In this document: positions 39,081-48,896 of the stretch, in pieces
Layout of the letters: each line of letters opens with the position of its first letter
Position numbering within the stretch: the first letter of the stretch is position 1
Virus record (IMG/VR): IMGVR_UViG_3300026484_000333
Location: 1-64,000 of that record
Length of the DNA: 64,000 nucleotides
Direction: 5' to 3' (one strand)
From: a virus
Translations under genes and position numbers: made by a program
The notes under the pieces: generated by a model
Told to the model about the DNA's origin: nothing
What the model saw: only the letters and a program-made list of their open reading frames with translations
Databases searched by the model: none

Positions 39081-40439
39081 CTAAACTTTTAAGTCGGGAC
39101 TGCCCCCTAATGGGTCTGTACTTCCCATACTGCTTGGTTTATTGTTACTTTGGTTTTCAGAATTATTAGTATTATTTTCTGAATTATTTTGGCTCATTGC
39201 AACTAAATCTTGAAAGAATTGTGCTTCACTACCTGTTAAGAAGGCAGGTACAATATTCTTATCTGCACCTTCAAAATCCATTTCCGGTAAATCAACCAAA
39301 TCCCTTGCTTCATTTAATGTAGCAAGTCCTGTTGCAAACAATGTTCTTGCACTGTCAGCTTTTACATCTAAAGCAGTATCAAGTTCAGTAATTCTTCCAA
39401 AGTCAAATTCAAAATGATATTTTCCATAACCAAATTGTTTTCCTAAAAATAAATTAATTTGGTCTTGTATTCTATAAAGATAAGGTCTAACTGCGGTATT
39501 AAACACAACTTTCATTAATTCCTGTGGTTTTCCAGCACTGTTTGCCTCACCGCCTAAAACAAGTGCGTTTAGTTTGAAAACTCTTAAAACTCTTTTTTCA
39601 CTTATATTCATACTATCTAAAAGCATTGCGTCTTTAGGACTTGCTTGAACGGTTTTATAATCCATTTTGGCGGGTAAGACTGCTATACCTCTCCTCTCAC
39701 TACCGCCTTTTCCATATAAAGCGTTAAATTGTTCTCTCAATTCTTCAATTTGTTGTGGAGTTAAGGCATATTCGGCTTTTAAAATACCAGCTAAAATTAC
39801 ACTGCCCTCATAAAACTCTTGTAGGCTATCAATTGCATTTTTTTCCAACTTTAATGTATCAAGCAAAGGTGCTACGCTTGGTAGTCCATAATAAGCATTG
39901 TTTAGAGTTGGATTTATAATCCAAATAAGTTCGTTTTCTTTATAAGCAATCTTATCATTATAAATATAGCCTTTTATAAATTTAGTAGCGTCTGGAACAA
40001 CTTTAACATTATGAGGTTGAGTTAAAAACCAAGTTTCATAACTTCCTTTTACATTTTCAAAGGTTAAAGGGGCTACACCTGAAAGCAACAAACCTTGAAT
40101 TGCAAGTTCAATTGTTGTTCCCCAAGACCAAAATGGATTAGGTCTATATTCCCATTCTCTTAATTTTTTGTCTTTAACAGGAAGTTTTTTACCTGATTTA
40201 TCTAATTGATATAAGCGTGGAACTGCTTGTCCTCCTGCTTTAGCAATATAATCAACTGCACTAAAAACAAGTTCAGTTGTATGGAATGTATTTTCCATAG
40301 CACTTGTAGCTAATACACCGTTTCCATCTTTATAATCTTCAATGATTTTTTTGTTTGCTTTTGTAGCTTTAGTGTCCATATAAATTAACGTTTCTTTATT
40401 TTGTTGAGGCTGTTTTTTAAAAAAATCAAAAAAACCCAT
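39081..40439 (-). CDS. Portal protein, HK97-like
   Basis: PNPF, YYGLP, AGILK, TLNEARDL motifs. Confidence 0.92.
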   Translation of the reverse strand: MGFFDFFKKQPQQNKETLIYMDTKATKANKKIIEDYKDGNGVLATSAMENTFHTTELVFSAVDYIAKAGGQAVPRLYQLDKSGKKLPVKDKKLREWEYRPNPFWSWGTTIELAIQGLLLSGVAPLTFENVKGSYETWFLTQPHNVKVVPDATKFIKGYIYNDKIAYKENELIWIINPTLNNAYYGLPSVAPLLDTLKLEKNAIDSLQEFYEGSVILAGILKAEYALTPQQIEELREQFNALYGKGGSERRGIAVLPAKMDYKTVQASPKDAMLLDSMNISEKRVLRVFKLNALVLGGEANSAGKPQELMKVVFNTAVRPYLYRIQDQINLFLGKQFGYGKYHFEFDFGRITELDTALDVKADSARTLFATGLATLNEARDLVDLPEMDFEGADKNIVPAFLTGSEAQFFQDLVAMSQNNSENNTNNSENQSNNKPSSMGSTDPLGGSPDLKV

Positions 40440-40479
40440 TTGTTTTCCTTTTTAATTTATTATATAACATATATCAGCT

Positions 40480-40656
40480 TAAAGGAAAACAATAAAAACA
40501 AAGGAGAGAAAAATGAATAGATTGATTGAATTATGAGCTGGAAGCTCAATTGAAGTTTATACAGAAATAAACTTCAATTGAACGCCCATCTCAGGCGTTC
40601 TATATTTAACACCCACATCAGGTGTTATAAATTGAACGCCCACATCAGGCGTTCTA
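40480..40656 (-). ncRNA. Putative late structured small RNA
   Basis: Late promoter at 40660-40668 with no ORF behind it; three 27-nt-period hairpins with compensatory changes, then a 15-bp stem. Confidence 0.65.
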
Positions 40657-40672
40657 CTGTTATATCGGAAAA

Positions 40673-41722
40673 TCACACAAGTCTTGTTGAAATATAAACG
40701 CCTTTGTATGTTCTTTCACTTAAAGTTGCATTAGTAGTAAATAAAGGAAAATGTTTAATACTTACAGTTTCTTTGAAAAATTCACTGAAATAAACTTTTC
40801 CATCTGATGTTTCTTGTCTAAATCTAAATTTTAGTTGATTTACTCTTCCCCATTGTGGATTTGAACTTGAAAAGTCAAGTGATATTTTATTGCTTGTGAA
40901 TTTACCAATAGGATAATAGGTACTTCTTCTTGATTTTGACCTTCCTCCGGTATTTCCGTGATTATTAAAGTTGGTAACTTTATCATAGCCCCACATCTCA
41001 AGAACTAAATCTTCTGGGAAAGCTTGTCCAAAAACAAAACCGCCTACTGAAATTGTATTAAAAAATTTCTTGTTTAATTGCATAGTGTCAGTTCCGTTAA
41101 ACTGCCTATATGTTACCGTCCAATCCGTTGGGTCATCATTATTCATAACTGCACTTTCTAAATACATACTCTGCTTTGTATTATCCCATAAAGTAGTAGG
41201 TATCATAGCATTTCTTGCTTTTACTCTTGTACTACCTTCATATCTATCTAATCTTATATTATACATTCCACCGAATTTAATCGGCTCTTTATAAATAATT
41301 TTAATTGTTCCTGATGGATAGCCGTTAGGGAAACTAATATGCTGGGTGTAACCCGCAGGATTTGCAAATTGTATTCCAAATTCCCAATCATCAAACAACG
41401 TTTCATTGATATAGATTCTTACTAAATCTTTATTTGGAAAAATTAATTGTCTTAACCATAATAAGTTATGGGGTGAAATATTATCTGTATGTGAATACAT
41501 AATTATTTTTTCTTCTCTTATATTATTGCCTCCAAACGGAATTAAATATCCATTTGTAATTGCATCGTTTACATTGCTTGAAGCCACTGAATTATCCGCC
41601 ACAACATAATAACCATAATCACCTGAATCCACAATAACCAGCTGATTTAATTCATAATTTTTTAACATAATTGTGTCAGTTGTTTTTAACACAGGTATTT
41701 TATAATGTGTGTAAACTGCCAT
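40673..41722 (-). CDS. Virion fibre/decoration protein
   Basis: N-terminus similar to 52398-53960; remainder similar to the C-half of 41732-43603. Confidence 0.6.
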   Translation of the reverse strand: MAVYTHYKIPVLKTTDTIMLKNYELNQLVIVDSGDYGYYVVADNSVASSNVNDAITNGYLIPFGGNNIREEKIIMYSHTDNISPHNLLWLRQLIFPNKDLVRIYINETLFDDWEFGIQFANPAGYTQHISFPNGYPSGTIKIIYKEPIKFGGMYNIRLDRYEGSTRVKARNAMIPTTLWDNTKQSMYLESAVMNNDDPTDWTVTYRQFNGTDTMQLNKKFFNTISVGGFVFGQAFPEDLVLEMWGYDKVTNFNNHGNTGGRSKSRRSTYYPIGKFTSNKISLDFSSSNPQWGRVNQLKFRFRQETSDGKVYFSEFFKETVSIKHFPLFTTNATLSERTYKGVYISTRLV

Positions 41723-41731
41723 TTTTACTCC

Positions 41732-43603
41732 TTATATAAGTTTCATTAATTTGTAGTTTCCTACAAATTTGTTTTCATTATCTTCTGCATCTGTAGTAAA
41801 TATCGGAAAAGTCCTTATGCTAATAACCGTTGACAACCATTGACTAAAAAATACATTTCCTTCATCATCTTTTCTGCCTAGCCTAACATAATATAAACCA
41901 CAATCATATAAACCTGAAATTTTATTTTTTGTCATTTTTCCAATCGGAACTAAACGTCCTTGTGCTTCTTTATTTTTTGGAATATGCTTACTATTTGGAG
42001 ATTTAACATCAGACGCTCTCCATAGCTCAATCCAATAATTATCAGGTAATACTTCTTCTTTTGGAAATTCAGCTATATAACCAAAATTAGCACTTGCTTT
42101 TTCTACGTCTATTGTTATATTTGAATTATCCACACGCTTATAGTGGCACATATAACGTCCGAAATCCATATAATTATTTAATAAATCAACAGAATCCAAA
42201 TAGAATCTATTGCCCTGACTATCGGTGATAAATTTGGTAATTAATTTTGACCTTACCATTACATCAGTACTGCCTTCTTTTCTATATAAAACAATTTTAT
42301 AATCACCTAAAGCAATCGGCTCAACATATTCAATTTTGATAACATCATCGTCATTTAAACTTGTATTAAATTTCAAATGTGTTGTATAATCGCTGTTTAA
42401 ACTTTGGACTTGGTCGCCAAAATCCCAATCTGTATATTCAGCATCATTTACCCAAACTCTAAACAAATTCTTATCTTTATAAACATAGCGTTTTAAGAAC
42501 AACAAACTTTTACCTGAAATATTACTGCCTTTTCTATAAATAAAAACACGATTTAAACTGTCGGCAGTAGCATTAAAACTAAAAAGCTCTCCCGTACTAA
42601 TATCAACACCTATAACATAAGAATTTTCTGGTTTTTGTTTAGGTGTTTTTCCATAACTATAAAAAATAGGATTATCTTTTTTAAAATCAAATTTATCTTT
42701 AGTTACAGACATATAAGCTTCAATTGAGGCAAAATCATCACCTAATGCTACATCAAATTGTGCTGTATCTCCATAAGCACCGACTGCCAATTGCTTATCA
42801 CTAAAGTTACCGCCTTTTCCAGCCAAATAGGTTTGATAAAAACTTGAAGGATACATTGTTAGAAAGACTTGGTCTTTATATGGGTCAGTTGAAGTAGAGG
42901 CAGTAAAACTTGCCCCAGCATAATTATCAGAATTATTTGTATTTGTTACATTTACTTCAACAATTCCATATACATTTTTACTAATTTGAATTTTTTGAAC
43001 ATCGTTTGCAGTTTGGTCGCTTGGGGTTAAAGTTTTACCTATTCCTGTATCTGCATCTTCTTTTTGCCAATAGTTCTTTCCATCAATTATATCACACAAA
43101 TCTTTTGGCGTATATCTTCTAACTTCATTAACATCACAAGGGTGGGTTTTTTCTTCATCAGATATTTTATGAATATTAACTCCCAAATAAAACCAATTTG
43201 GATTGCCTTCTTCATCGCTTCTTGCTTCATACAAACCAGCTTTTTTTCTATTAAATAAAACCCAAGTTCCTGTTGCTTTTTGAACTAACCATTGTTCTCC
43301 AAGATGGTCGGCTGGGTCTGGTAAATCAGCATAAGTTTCAACTTCGCCTTCCCAACCGTCAAAATTAGAACTGCCTCCTCCTAAATTAACCTCAACCCAA
43401 TCAACAAGATTATCCTGTAATTGCCAAAATTTTTGGTCTTCTTGGTTATAAACAACCATTCCCGCTTTTCTTCTCAAATCAGGAATGTTATCACGCTCTT
43501 CAGTTGTGGCTACAACACGAAACCCGCCTTCTAAATGGATATCCTTAATTAAAGGAAAATCCCCATTAGGATAAAATAAACCCGTTATTTTTATACCAGC
43601 CAT
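41732..43603 (-). CDS. Virion fibre/decoration protein
   Basis: GGFRVVAT..RDNIP..RRKAGMVVY N-terminal module; C-domain paralogous to 40673-41722. Confidence 0.6.
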   Translation of the reverse strand: MAGIKITGLFYPNGDFPLIKDIHLEGGFRVVATTEERDNIPDLRRKAGMVVYNQEDQKFWQLQDNLVDWVEVNLGGGSSNFDGWEGEVETYADLPDPADHLGEQWLVQKATGTWVLFNRKKAGLYEARSDEEGNPNWFYLGVNIHKISDEEKTHPCDVNEVRRYTPKDLCDIIDGKNYWQKEDADTGIGKTLTPSDQTANDVQKIQISKNVYGIVEVNVTNTNNSDNYAGASFTASTSTDPYKDQVFLTMYPSSFYQTYLAGKGGNFSDKQLAVGAYGDTAQFDVALGDDFASIEAYMSVTKDKFDFKKDNPIFYSYGKTPKQKPENSYVIGVDISTGELFSFNATADSLNRVFIYRKGSNISGKSLLFLKRYVYKDKNLFRVWVNDAEYTDWDFGDQVQSLNSDYTTHLKFNTSLNDDDVIKIEYVEPIALGDYKIVLYRKEGSTDVMVRSKLITKFITDSQGNRFYLDSVDLLNNYMDFGRYMCHYKRVDNSNITIDVEKASANFGYIAEFPKEEVLPDNYWIELWRASDVKSPNSKHIPKNKEAQGRLVPIGKMTKNKISGLYDCGLYYVRLGRKDDEGNVFFSQWLSTVISIRTFPIFTTDAEDNENKFVGNYKLMKLI

Positions 43604-43674
43604 TATGCTACTCCTTCTAATTCCGCACGTTCTCTCACATTTCTTCTCTGTGCTAATACTCTTTTATTATTCAT
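43603..43674 (-). CDS. 23-aa coupled small ORF
   Basis: MNNKRVLAQRRNVRERAELEGVA; TAATG overlap with the next gene. Confidence 0.4.
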   Translation of the reverse strand: MNNKRVLAQRRNVRERAELEGVA

Positions 43675-43684
43675 CACAAACCCT

Positions 43685-44503
43685 TTAAGATAACTCTACA
43701 CAAGCACTGCCTGTTTGCTTGTAAGTAGTTCTTAATAATTTATAAGTTATAGTTGCACCATAAGAGTTAGTAACATCAATATCCCCGGCATAAGAAATAT
43801 CCCAACCAAAACCATTATCACAATCAACTGCTTGATTTACTTCTCCCCATTCAGTAGGATAAACAATATAATAATACAAACCTTCTCCGTTAGGGTTATC
43901 AAAACTATAATGTTCAGCATATCCACTTTTCAAAGCACTATTTTCAAGATTTTTAACTTCATTTTCCGTTAACGTATCATTCACTGAAGTTCCCCAATAA
44001 ACTCTTGCCCTCCAATAAACACGAAAATCACGGCTAAATGTTTGACCTTTTGTGTTAACTCCGCTAATTCGCCAAGTATAATAGCTGTTAATTCCGTTTG
44101 AAGTTTTATCACTGCCTATGTCCAAGTCTTCTTGTCCGTCATTAGCCAAGTTCTGTCCTAAAACTTGATTGGCATTCACATCTTTAATGCTAATTGAATT
44201 TTCCTGTATGTTTTCAGGACGGCTTGTAGTCCATTTGAGTGTTCTAACTCCTCCGCTTATAACTTGACCTACTTCTAACTGTGTTGCCTGTCCGTCAATA
44301 TAAAAACTTGTAAAAGCAGGATATTGATAAGGAAACAAAATCATTTTCAAAACATCACAAGGTTGCATTCCGTTGATGTCAGTTCCAGCTTCCAAACCTC
44401 CGTGCGTTTCAGGAACTGCATCTTCAGTTTGCATAACACAACCGCCAGACCCTCCACCAGCTCCTATGTCAGGATAAATCACAGAAAACTTATTATTTGC
44501 CAT
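43685..44503 (-). CDS. Virion structural protein (Ig-like)
   Basis: Own late promoter; beta-rich; between TerL and portal. Confidence 0.6.
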   Translation of the reverse strand: MANNKFSVIYPDIGAGGGSGGCVMQTEDAVPETHGGLEAGTDINGMQPCDVLKMILFPYQYPAFTSFYIDGQATQLEVGQVISGGVRTLKWTTSRPENIQENSISIKDVNANQVLGQNLANDGQEDLDIGSDKTSNGINSYYTWRISGVNTKGQTFSRDFRVYWRARVYWGTSVNDTLTENEVKNLENSALKSGYAEHYSFDNPNGEGLYYYIVYPTEWGEVNQAVDCDNGFGWDISYAGDIDVTNSYGATITYKLLRTTYKQTGSACVELS

Positions 44504-44541
44504 TTTCTTCCTTTATAAGCATTTATACATATATCAGTTAT

Positions 44542-45900
44542 TTATACAACTTGGATTTGTAAATTTTGTAGCTTCCACCAACCGCTTGTCAAATAACGCA
44601 AGGCACCAACCGCCAAGTCAAAATGCCCGTCTTTGTTTCTTTCTATTGTTTTTCCGTTTCCATTTTCTTTCCAATGAGCCAATTTTAATTCTTCAATCAA
44701 CTGCATACAATTTTCTGATATGAACAATTTTCCTTTTTGAAATGCCGTATTAATATCACGTATGCTTTCTACTAATTGAATCGGTGCTGGTTGTGTATAA
44801 TAATTATGGCTATATGCCATATCAGCCATCGTCAAACTTGCACTCGGGTCACAAAACCTTACAATTTGCATATCAGGATTTTCACAATATCTTTGTTCTA
44901 TTTCCTTAAAATGTTTTAAATGCCATTCAATAGGCATTTGTCCAGCCATATATTCATCTAAAACATAAATATTGCCCGTCATCGGCTCAATCCAAGCTAT
45001 AACAAAGCTTGTATTATCTCTAAAACCGATATCAATTCCTACTGCAAACGTATCTTTTGTTGTCATTTTGTTTTTTAAATCATTAACTCTAAACACATTT
45101 TTTTCTAAATCAAAAGCATAAAATACTTGTAAATCCTCGCTAAATCCGCTCTGGAATTCACATAGATATTCCTGTTCAAAACTTCTTTTATCAAGTTTGG
45201 CTTTAATTGCCTCAATCATTTCTTTTGTTATCATAGGATTATCATAAACCGTAACTTTTTTACAAAAATAATCATCACGTTCTCCGCACCTTTTCCATAA
45301 TTTATAAAAATCATTGTCAAAAGTTCTTGGCGTTCCTATAAAATAAGTTTTGGAAAACATAAATCCGTTTTCATCAGTTCCATAATCGTTTTGTGCAGGT
45401 GAAATATAAGTTTCCCAAATTTCAAGAACATTATTTATACTTGCAGTTTCATCAAAAATAACCAAACTAAATTTATCACCAAGTGCATTTTCATAATTTT
45501 TCTCTGTAACCACACGAAATTTGGCACCATTTTCTAATGTAAATGTCAAGCCTTTCATATCTTTTGATTTAAAAGGCAACTGTAATTTATTTACATCTTT
45601 TTCAACATTACTAAAAATAGCTTGAGCATTTGCAAAAGTCGGCGTTACTAATAATATACTTGCATTCGGAATTAAAAGTTCTGACAATGCGATTTTTGAC
45701 ATAATTGTAGATTTACCAGCCCTTCTTGACATTAAGAAAACACCAACATTAAAATCCGCTTTTTGAATTCTGTCAATTATTTCTTGTTGATATTTTGTAG
45801 GTGTAAACTCTAACAATCTTAAAACTTTATTATAATCAATTTTTCTTTTTACTTTTTTATAAATTTCAATTTCTTGATTTACAGGTTTAAATTCAGACAT
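44542..45900 (-). CDS. terL: Terminase large subunit
   Basis: Walker A SRRAGKS, Walker B VIFDE, GTP coupling motif, nuclease GIDIG, DGHFD. Confidence 0.95.
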   Translation of the reverse strand: MSEFKPVNQEIEIYKKVKRKIDYNKVLRLLEFTPTKYQQEIIDRIQKADFNVGVFLMSRRAGKSTIMSKIALSELLIPNASILLVTPTFANAQAIFSNVEKDVNKLQLPFKSKDMKGLTFTLENGAKFRVVTEKNYENALGDKFSLVIFDETASINNVLEIWETYISPAQNDYGTDENGFMFSKTYFIGTPRTFDNDFYKLWKRCGERDDYFCKKVTVYDNPMITKEMIEAIKAKLDKRSFEQEYLCEFQSGFSEDLQVFYAFDLEKNVFRVNDLKNKMTTKDTFAVGIDIGFRDNTSFVIAWIEPMTGNIYVLDEYMAGQMPIEWHLKHFKEIEQRYCENPDMQIVRFCDPSASLTMADMAYSHNYYTQPAPIQLVESIRDINTAFQKGKLFISENCMQLIEELKLAHWKENGNGKTIERNKDGHFDLAVGALRYLTSGWWKLQNLQIQVV

Positions 45901-45985
45901 TAAATTATCCTTTTTAATGAATTGTAATTTTAAGTTATATCAGATTTGATAGAGGTATAAAAAGAAAGTATAAAAGAATTATAAG

Positions 45986-46142
45986 GAATTTTTGGTTGGA
46001 TATAAATATAAACTTTAAGGCTCCGGACACTTTCGGACAATTTACAAAAGTCCGAATTTTCGGTAGTTTTGTCGATTTTAATATAAAGAATTTTTTATAA
46101 AATAACTAAAATTTTGTCAAAACTCTTGTATAAAATCCTTTA
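45986..46142 (+). repeat. Dispersed intergenic element, copy 3
   Basis: Core at 45986-46039 identical to copy 2; box 2 at 46118-46142. Confidence 0.92.
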
Positions 46143-46147
46143 CGCTA

Positions 46148-46176
46148 TTGACAAAATGTAAAAAATCCTTTATAAT
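46148..46176 (+). promoter_or_regulatory. sigma70-type early promoter
   Basis: TTGACA-N17-TATAAT. Confidence 0.85.
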
Positions 46177-46207
46177 TTCAATATAAATAAAAACAAAGGA
46201 GAATAAA

Positions 46208-46855
46208 ATGGCATATTTTGATGGGATTAAAGTAGGTGATAAAGTTTGGCATTTTGAATATGGATGGGGAACAGTTGTAGAGTTGTTAAAAGCTTCTGAT
46301 TTAGATGGAAAAAATTTTAATCCTTTAAATGATTTTGATTTAATAGAAATTAAATTTGATAATGTTTATTTTGGGTGTGGGTATTTTGATTTGAATGGAG
46401 TGGCTTTTTACTCCAATGGTAATCAAACATTATTTTGGGGTGAAGTTAAATTTGAAATCCCAAAAAAGCCTAAAATTGAATTAAGAAAAGAAGAATATCT
46501 TATAGATGTTGTATACAATAAAATTCATTATGATAAAGATTTTAAAATGTTTGATAATTTTAACCATTCTTTAACAAGGAATGATAAAGAAACAGCTGAA
46601 AAAGCTTTTAGAACTATTAAAAGATTTACAAGACTTTTGGCTCTTCGTGACCAAGAATGCCCTAATAGTAAAGGCTATGAATTTAAGCCTAATAAAGAAA
46701 ATTATTATATTTTTTACAATGAATTAGAGAATAAGTATGAATATGATTATGAATGTATTTATAATCATTTAGATGTTTACTTTAATACAGGAGGAGATGC
46801 CCAAAAAATTTGTAATATTTTGAATTCAGGAAAATTTAATTTAGAAGGAAAATAA
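46208..46855 (+). CDS. Hypothetical early protein
   Basis: AAGGAG RBS; SH3-like KVGDKVW..GWGTV N-terminus. Confidence 0.75.
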   Translation: MAYFDGIKVGDKVWHFEYGWGTVVELLKASDLDGKNFNPLNDFDLIEIKFDNVYFGCGYFDLNGVAFYSNGNQTLFWGEVKFEIPKKPKIELRKEEYLIDVVYNKIHYDKDFKMFDNFNHSLTRNDKETAEKAFRTIKRFTRLLALRDQECPNSKGYEFKPNKENYYIFYNELENKYEYDYECIYNHLDVYFNTGGDAQKICNILNSGKFNLEGK

Positions 46856-46856
46856 A

Positions 46857-47060
46857 ATGGATAAAGAACTCATTTTAGAAAAAATAAAAGATGTGGAAAA
46901 GGAATATGAAGATATTAGAAAATTAGTAAATTGGGATTTTAATGGATTAACAACAAGTGAATTGAAAGAAATTAAAGAAGCATTCAGCAATACAATAATT
47001 GAATTTGAATACCTTAAAGACGTGCTAATTGAGCAATTAGAATTAGAGTTGGAAGATTAA
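46857..47060 (+). CDS. Hypothetical acidic protein
   Basis: RBS and operon spacing. Confidence 0.7.
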   Translation: MDKELILEKIKDVEKEYEDIRKLVNWDFNGLTTSELKEIKEAFSNTIIEFEYLKDVLIEQLELELED

Positions 47061-47071
47061 AAGGAGAAAAA

Positions 47072-47749
47072 ATGACAAGAGAAGAAGCTTTAATGGAAAT
47101 TTTAAAAAGAAGAGGCGAGGGAGATAAAATACATTATTCAGTTGCATATGATGTTATAAATGAAATTTTTGATGATTTAGAAAGCAGAACTTGTAAAAAT
47201 TGCAAATATAATTTTTGTGGTTGTTCTATTCAAGATATGATATTGGAGTTTAAAGATAAATACGGAATTGAGCCATTAAATTTTGATGATTTTGGGTGTA
47301 ATAGATTTGAAAAGAAAAAGAAAGAAATTAAGAAAAATGAATTTATGATTGTTGAGTTTTTATCTGAAGATACATTTAAAGTATTGTTTGTGTTTGATAA
47401 AGAAAAAGCGAAAAAAGAATATAATAAAACATTCACTTTAGGTGAATCCTATGAAATAGGCAATGAAGTAACTCTTTCTGGTATAAGAAAAAAATATAAT
47501 TGGAAAGATGTTCCATACAATGAAAAGCATAAATTATGGGACGGACAGCCTGTATTTGTTCGTGGAAACGATACTCCATTTTTAAGAGTTGTCAGATTTT
47601 ACAGTGCAGTAAATAATAGTTTCTTTTATGATAATATAGGAAAAAGGAATGTTACTCCTAATTTGATTGATGATGAGTACAGTTGGGAGCCGTATCCGCA
47701 CTTAAATGACGAATGGGTTATTAAAGCATATAGACAACTTAAATTTTAA
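47072..47749 (+). CDS. Hypothetical protein with Cys cluster
   Basis: CKNCKY..C..FGC motif; RBS. Confidence 0.7.
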   Translation: MTREEALMEILKRRGEGDKIHYSVAYDVINEIFDDLESRTCKNCKYNFCGCSIQDMILEFKDKYGIEPLNFDDFGCNRFEKKKKEIKKNEFMIVEFLSEDTFKVLFVFDKEKAKKEYNKTFTLGESYEIGNEVTLSGIRKKYNWKDVPYNEKHKLWDGQPVFVRGNDTPFLRVVRFYSAVNNSFFYDNIGKRNVTPNLIDDEYSWEPYPHLNDEWVIKAYRQLKF

Positions 47750-47761
47750 AAAGGAATAAAA

Positions 47762-47983
47762 ATGAAAGATTTAGATAGTTTATGCAATGAAAATTTTGAT
47801 TACATAGTTAGTTGTAAAAATTGTAAATATAATGAGGAATACAAAGCTGGTAAAACTATAAGAATTTGTAAAAAACTTACAAAACATATCCCAAAATACT
47901 TCGGAAATGAGGTATTTAAAATAATTGATGAAGATTGGTTTTGTCCATATTTTGAAAAAAAGGAACAAAATGTTAAAAATTAA
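47762..47983 (+). CDS. Small Cys-rich hypothetical protein
   Basis: CKNCKY..C..WFCPYFE, the same module as in the preceding gene. Confidence 0.7.
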   Translation: MKDLDSLCNENFDYIVSCKNCKYNEEYKAGKTIRICKKLTKHIPKYFGNEVFKIIDEDWFCPYFEKKEQNVKN

Positions 47984-48107
47984 AAAACGTGATTATAATA
48001 TTTTAAAAATTTATCGTAGGGAAATAAACTGCCGACCAAAAGTTGTTAAAAATAAAAAGAAATATACAAGAAAAATAAAACACAAAAATCAATCTTTTAT
48101 GACTTGA
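47970..48107 (+). CDS. Basic ArfA-like peptide (45 aa)
   Basis: AAGGA RBS; RPKVVKNKKKYTRKIKHK. Confidence 0.55.
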   Translation: MLKIKKRDYNILKIYRREINCRPKVVKNKKKYTRKIKHKNQSFMT

Positions 48108-48607
48108 TTTAGAATGTTTACAAAAACATTTCCTGTTGTTCCTAATTTTTTTCTTTCTTCTTCTTTCATAACATCATCAAGCATTTTGGCAACATCTAAA
48201 ATATCCTTGTCAGTAGCGTTGGCAAAATCACCGCCCTGTTTTTCAATTTGTTCAATTTTATCTTCTAATGTCCGCATAACAACCGAAACTACAACATTTT
48301 TGGCGTTTTCTTTTATTTCCTTCATAATTGCATTGTAGAAATCTTTAACATAAGGTTTTGATAAAGTTCTGCTAATATATTGATAAGGAAGACCAAGTTC
48401 TTTTGCTATTCTTTTATTGCTATATCCACGAACTTTCATTTCAACTACATATCTTTCGATTGTAGATAAAGGTTTGTCAAAATCAACATTTGTAAATTCA
48501 AGCAGTTCTGTTTTTATTTCTCCTTTAACATTAGCATCAGGCAAGTTGGAAACTTCATCTTGGCTAACAACAGGAACTGCTTCAATTTCCTTTATTTTTT
48601 CAGACAT
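48089..48607 (-). CDS. terS: Probable terminase small subunit
   Basis: HTH (SNKRIAKELGL), coiled coil, T5-like DKDILDV segment. Confidence 0.65.
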   Translation of the reverse strand: MSEKIKEIEAVPVVSQDEVSNLPDANVKGEIKTELLEFTNVDFDKPLSTIERYVVEMKVRGYSNKRIAKELGLPYQYISRTLSKPYVKDFYNAIMKEIKENAKNVVVSVVMRTLEDKIEQIEKQGGDFANATDKDILDVAKMLDDVMKEEERKKLGTTGNVFVNILNQVIKD

Positions 48608-48830
48608 CAATTTTCCTTTTCTCTAATGATTCAGTAAATTTTAACACCAAATCATTTTTTTCATCTTCATTTATTTCTGCTATTTTATTTTCACATTGCT
48701 CACATCTGCTTTTGTTTTCTAATTCATCTAAATCATCAACATAAAAAACATTAGAACAAGTACAAATAACTTCATATTTACTAAAATCTTCTAAATAATT
48801 GTAGTCCAACATTGGATTTATTTTTTTCAT
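48600..48830 (-). CDS. Small zinc-finger protein
   Basis: CTC..CEQC. Confidence 0.65.
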   Translation of the reverse strand: MKKINPMLDYNYLEDFSKYEVICTCSNVFYVDDLDELENKSRCEQCENKIAEINEDEKNDLVLKFTESLEKRKIDV

Positions 48831-48896
48831 TTTATTTTCCTTGTTGTATAAAATTTAATCAATTTATTATATCAAATTTAATCAATTTGTCAAAAT

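Noticed and set aside
40580-40654. Mini-CRISPR or TIGR array (loops contain CUGA/UGAUG)
   Set aside because: Linkers are only 6 nt, there are no variable spacers, and no Cas or Nop-domain protein was recognised. The RuvC gene is a stand-alone resolvase.
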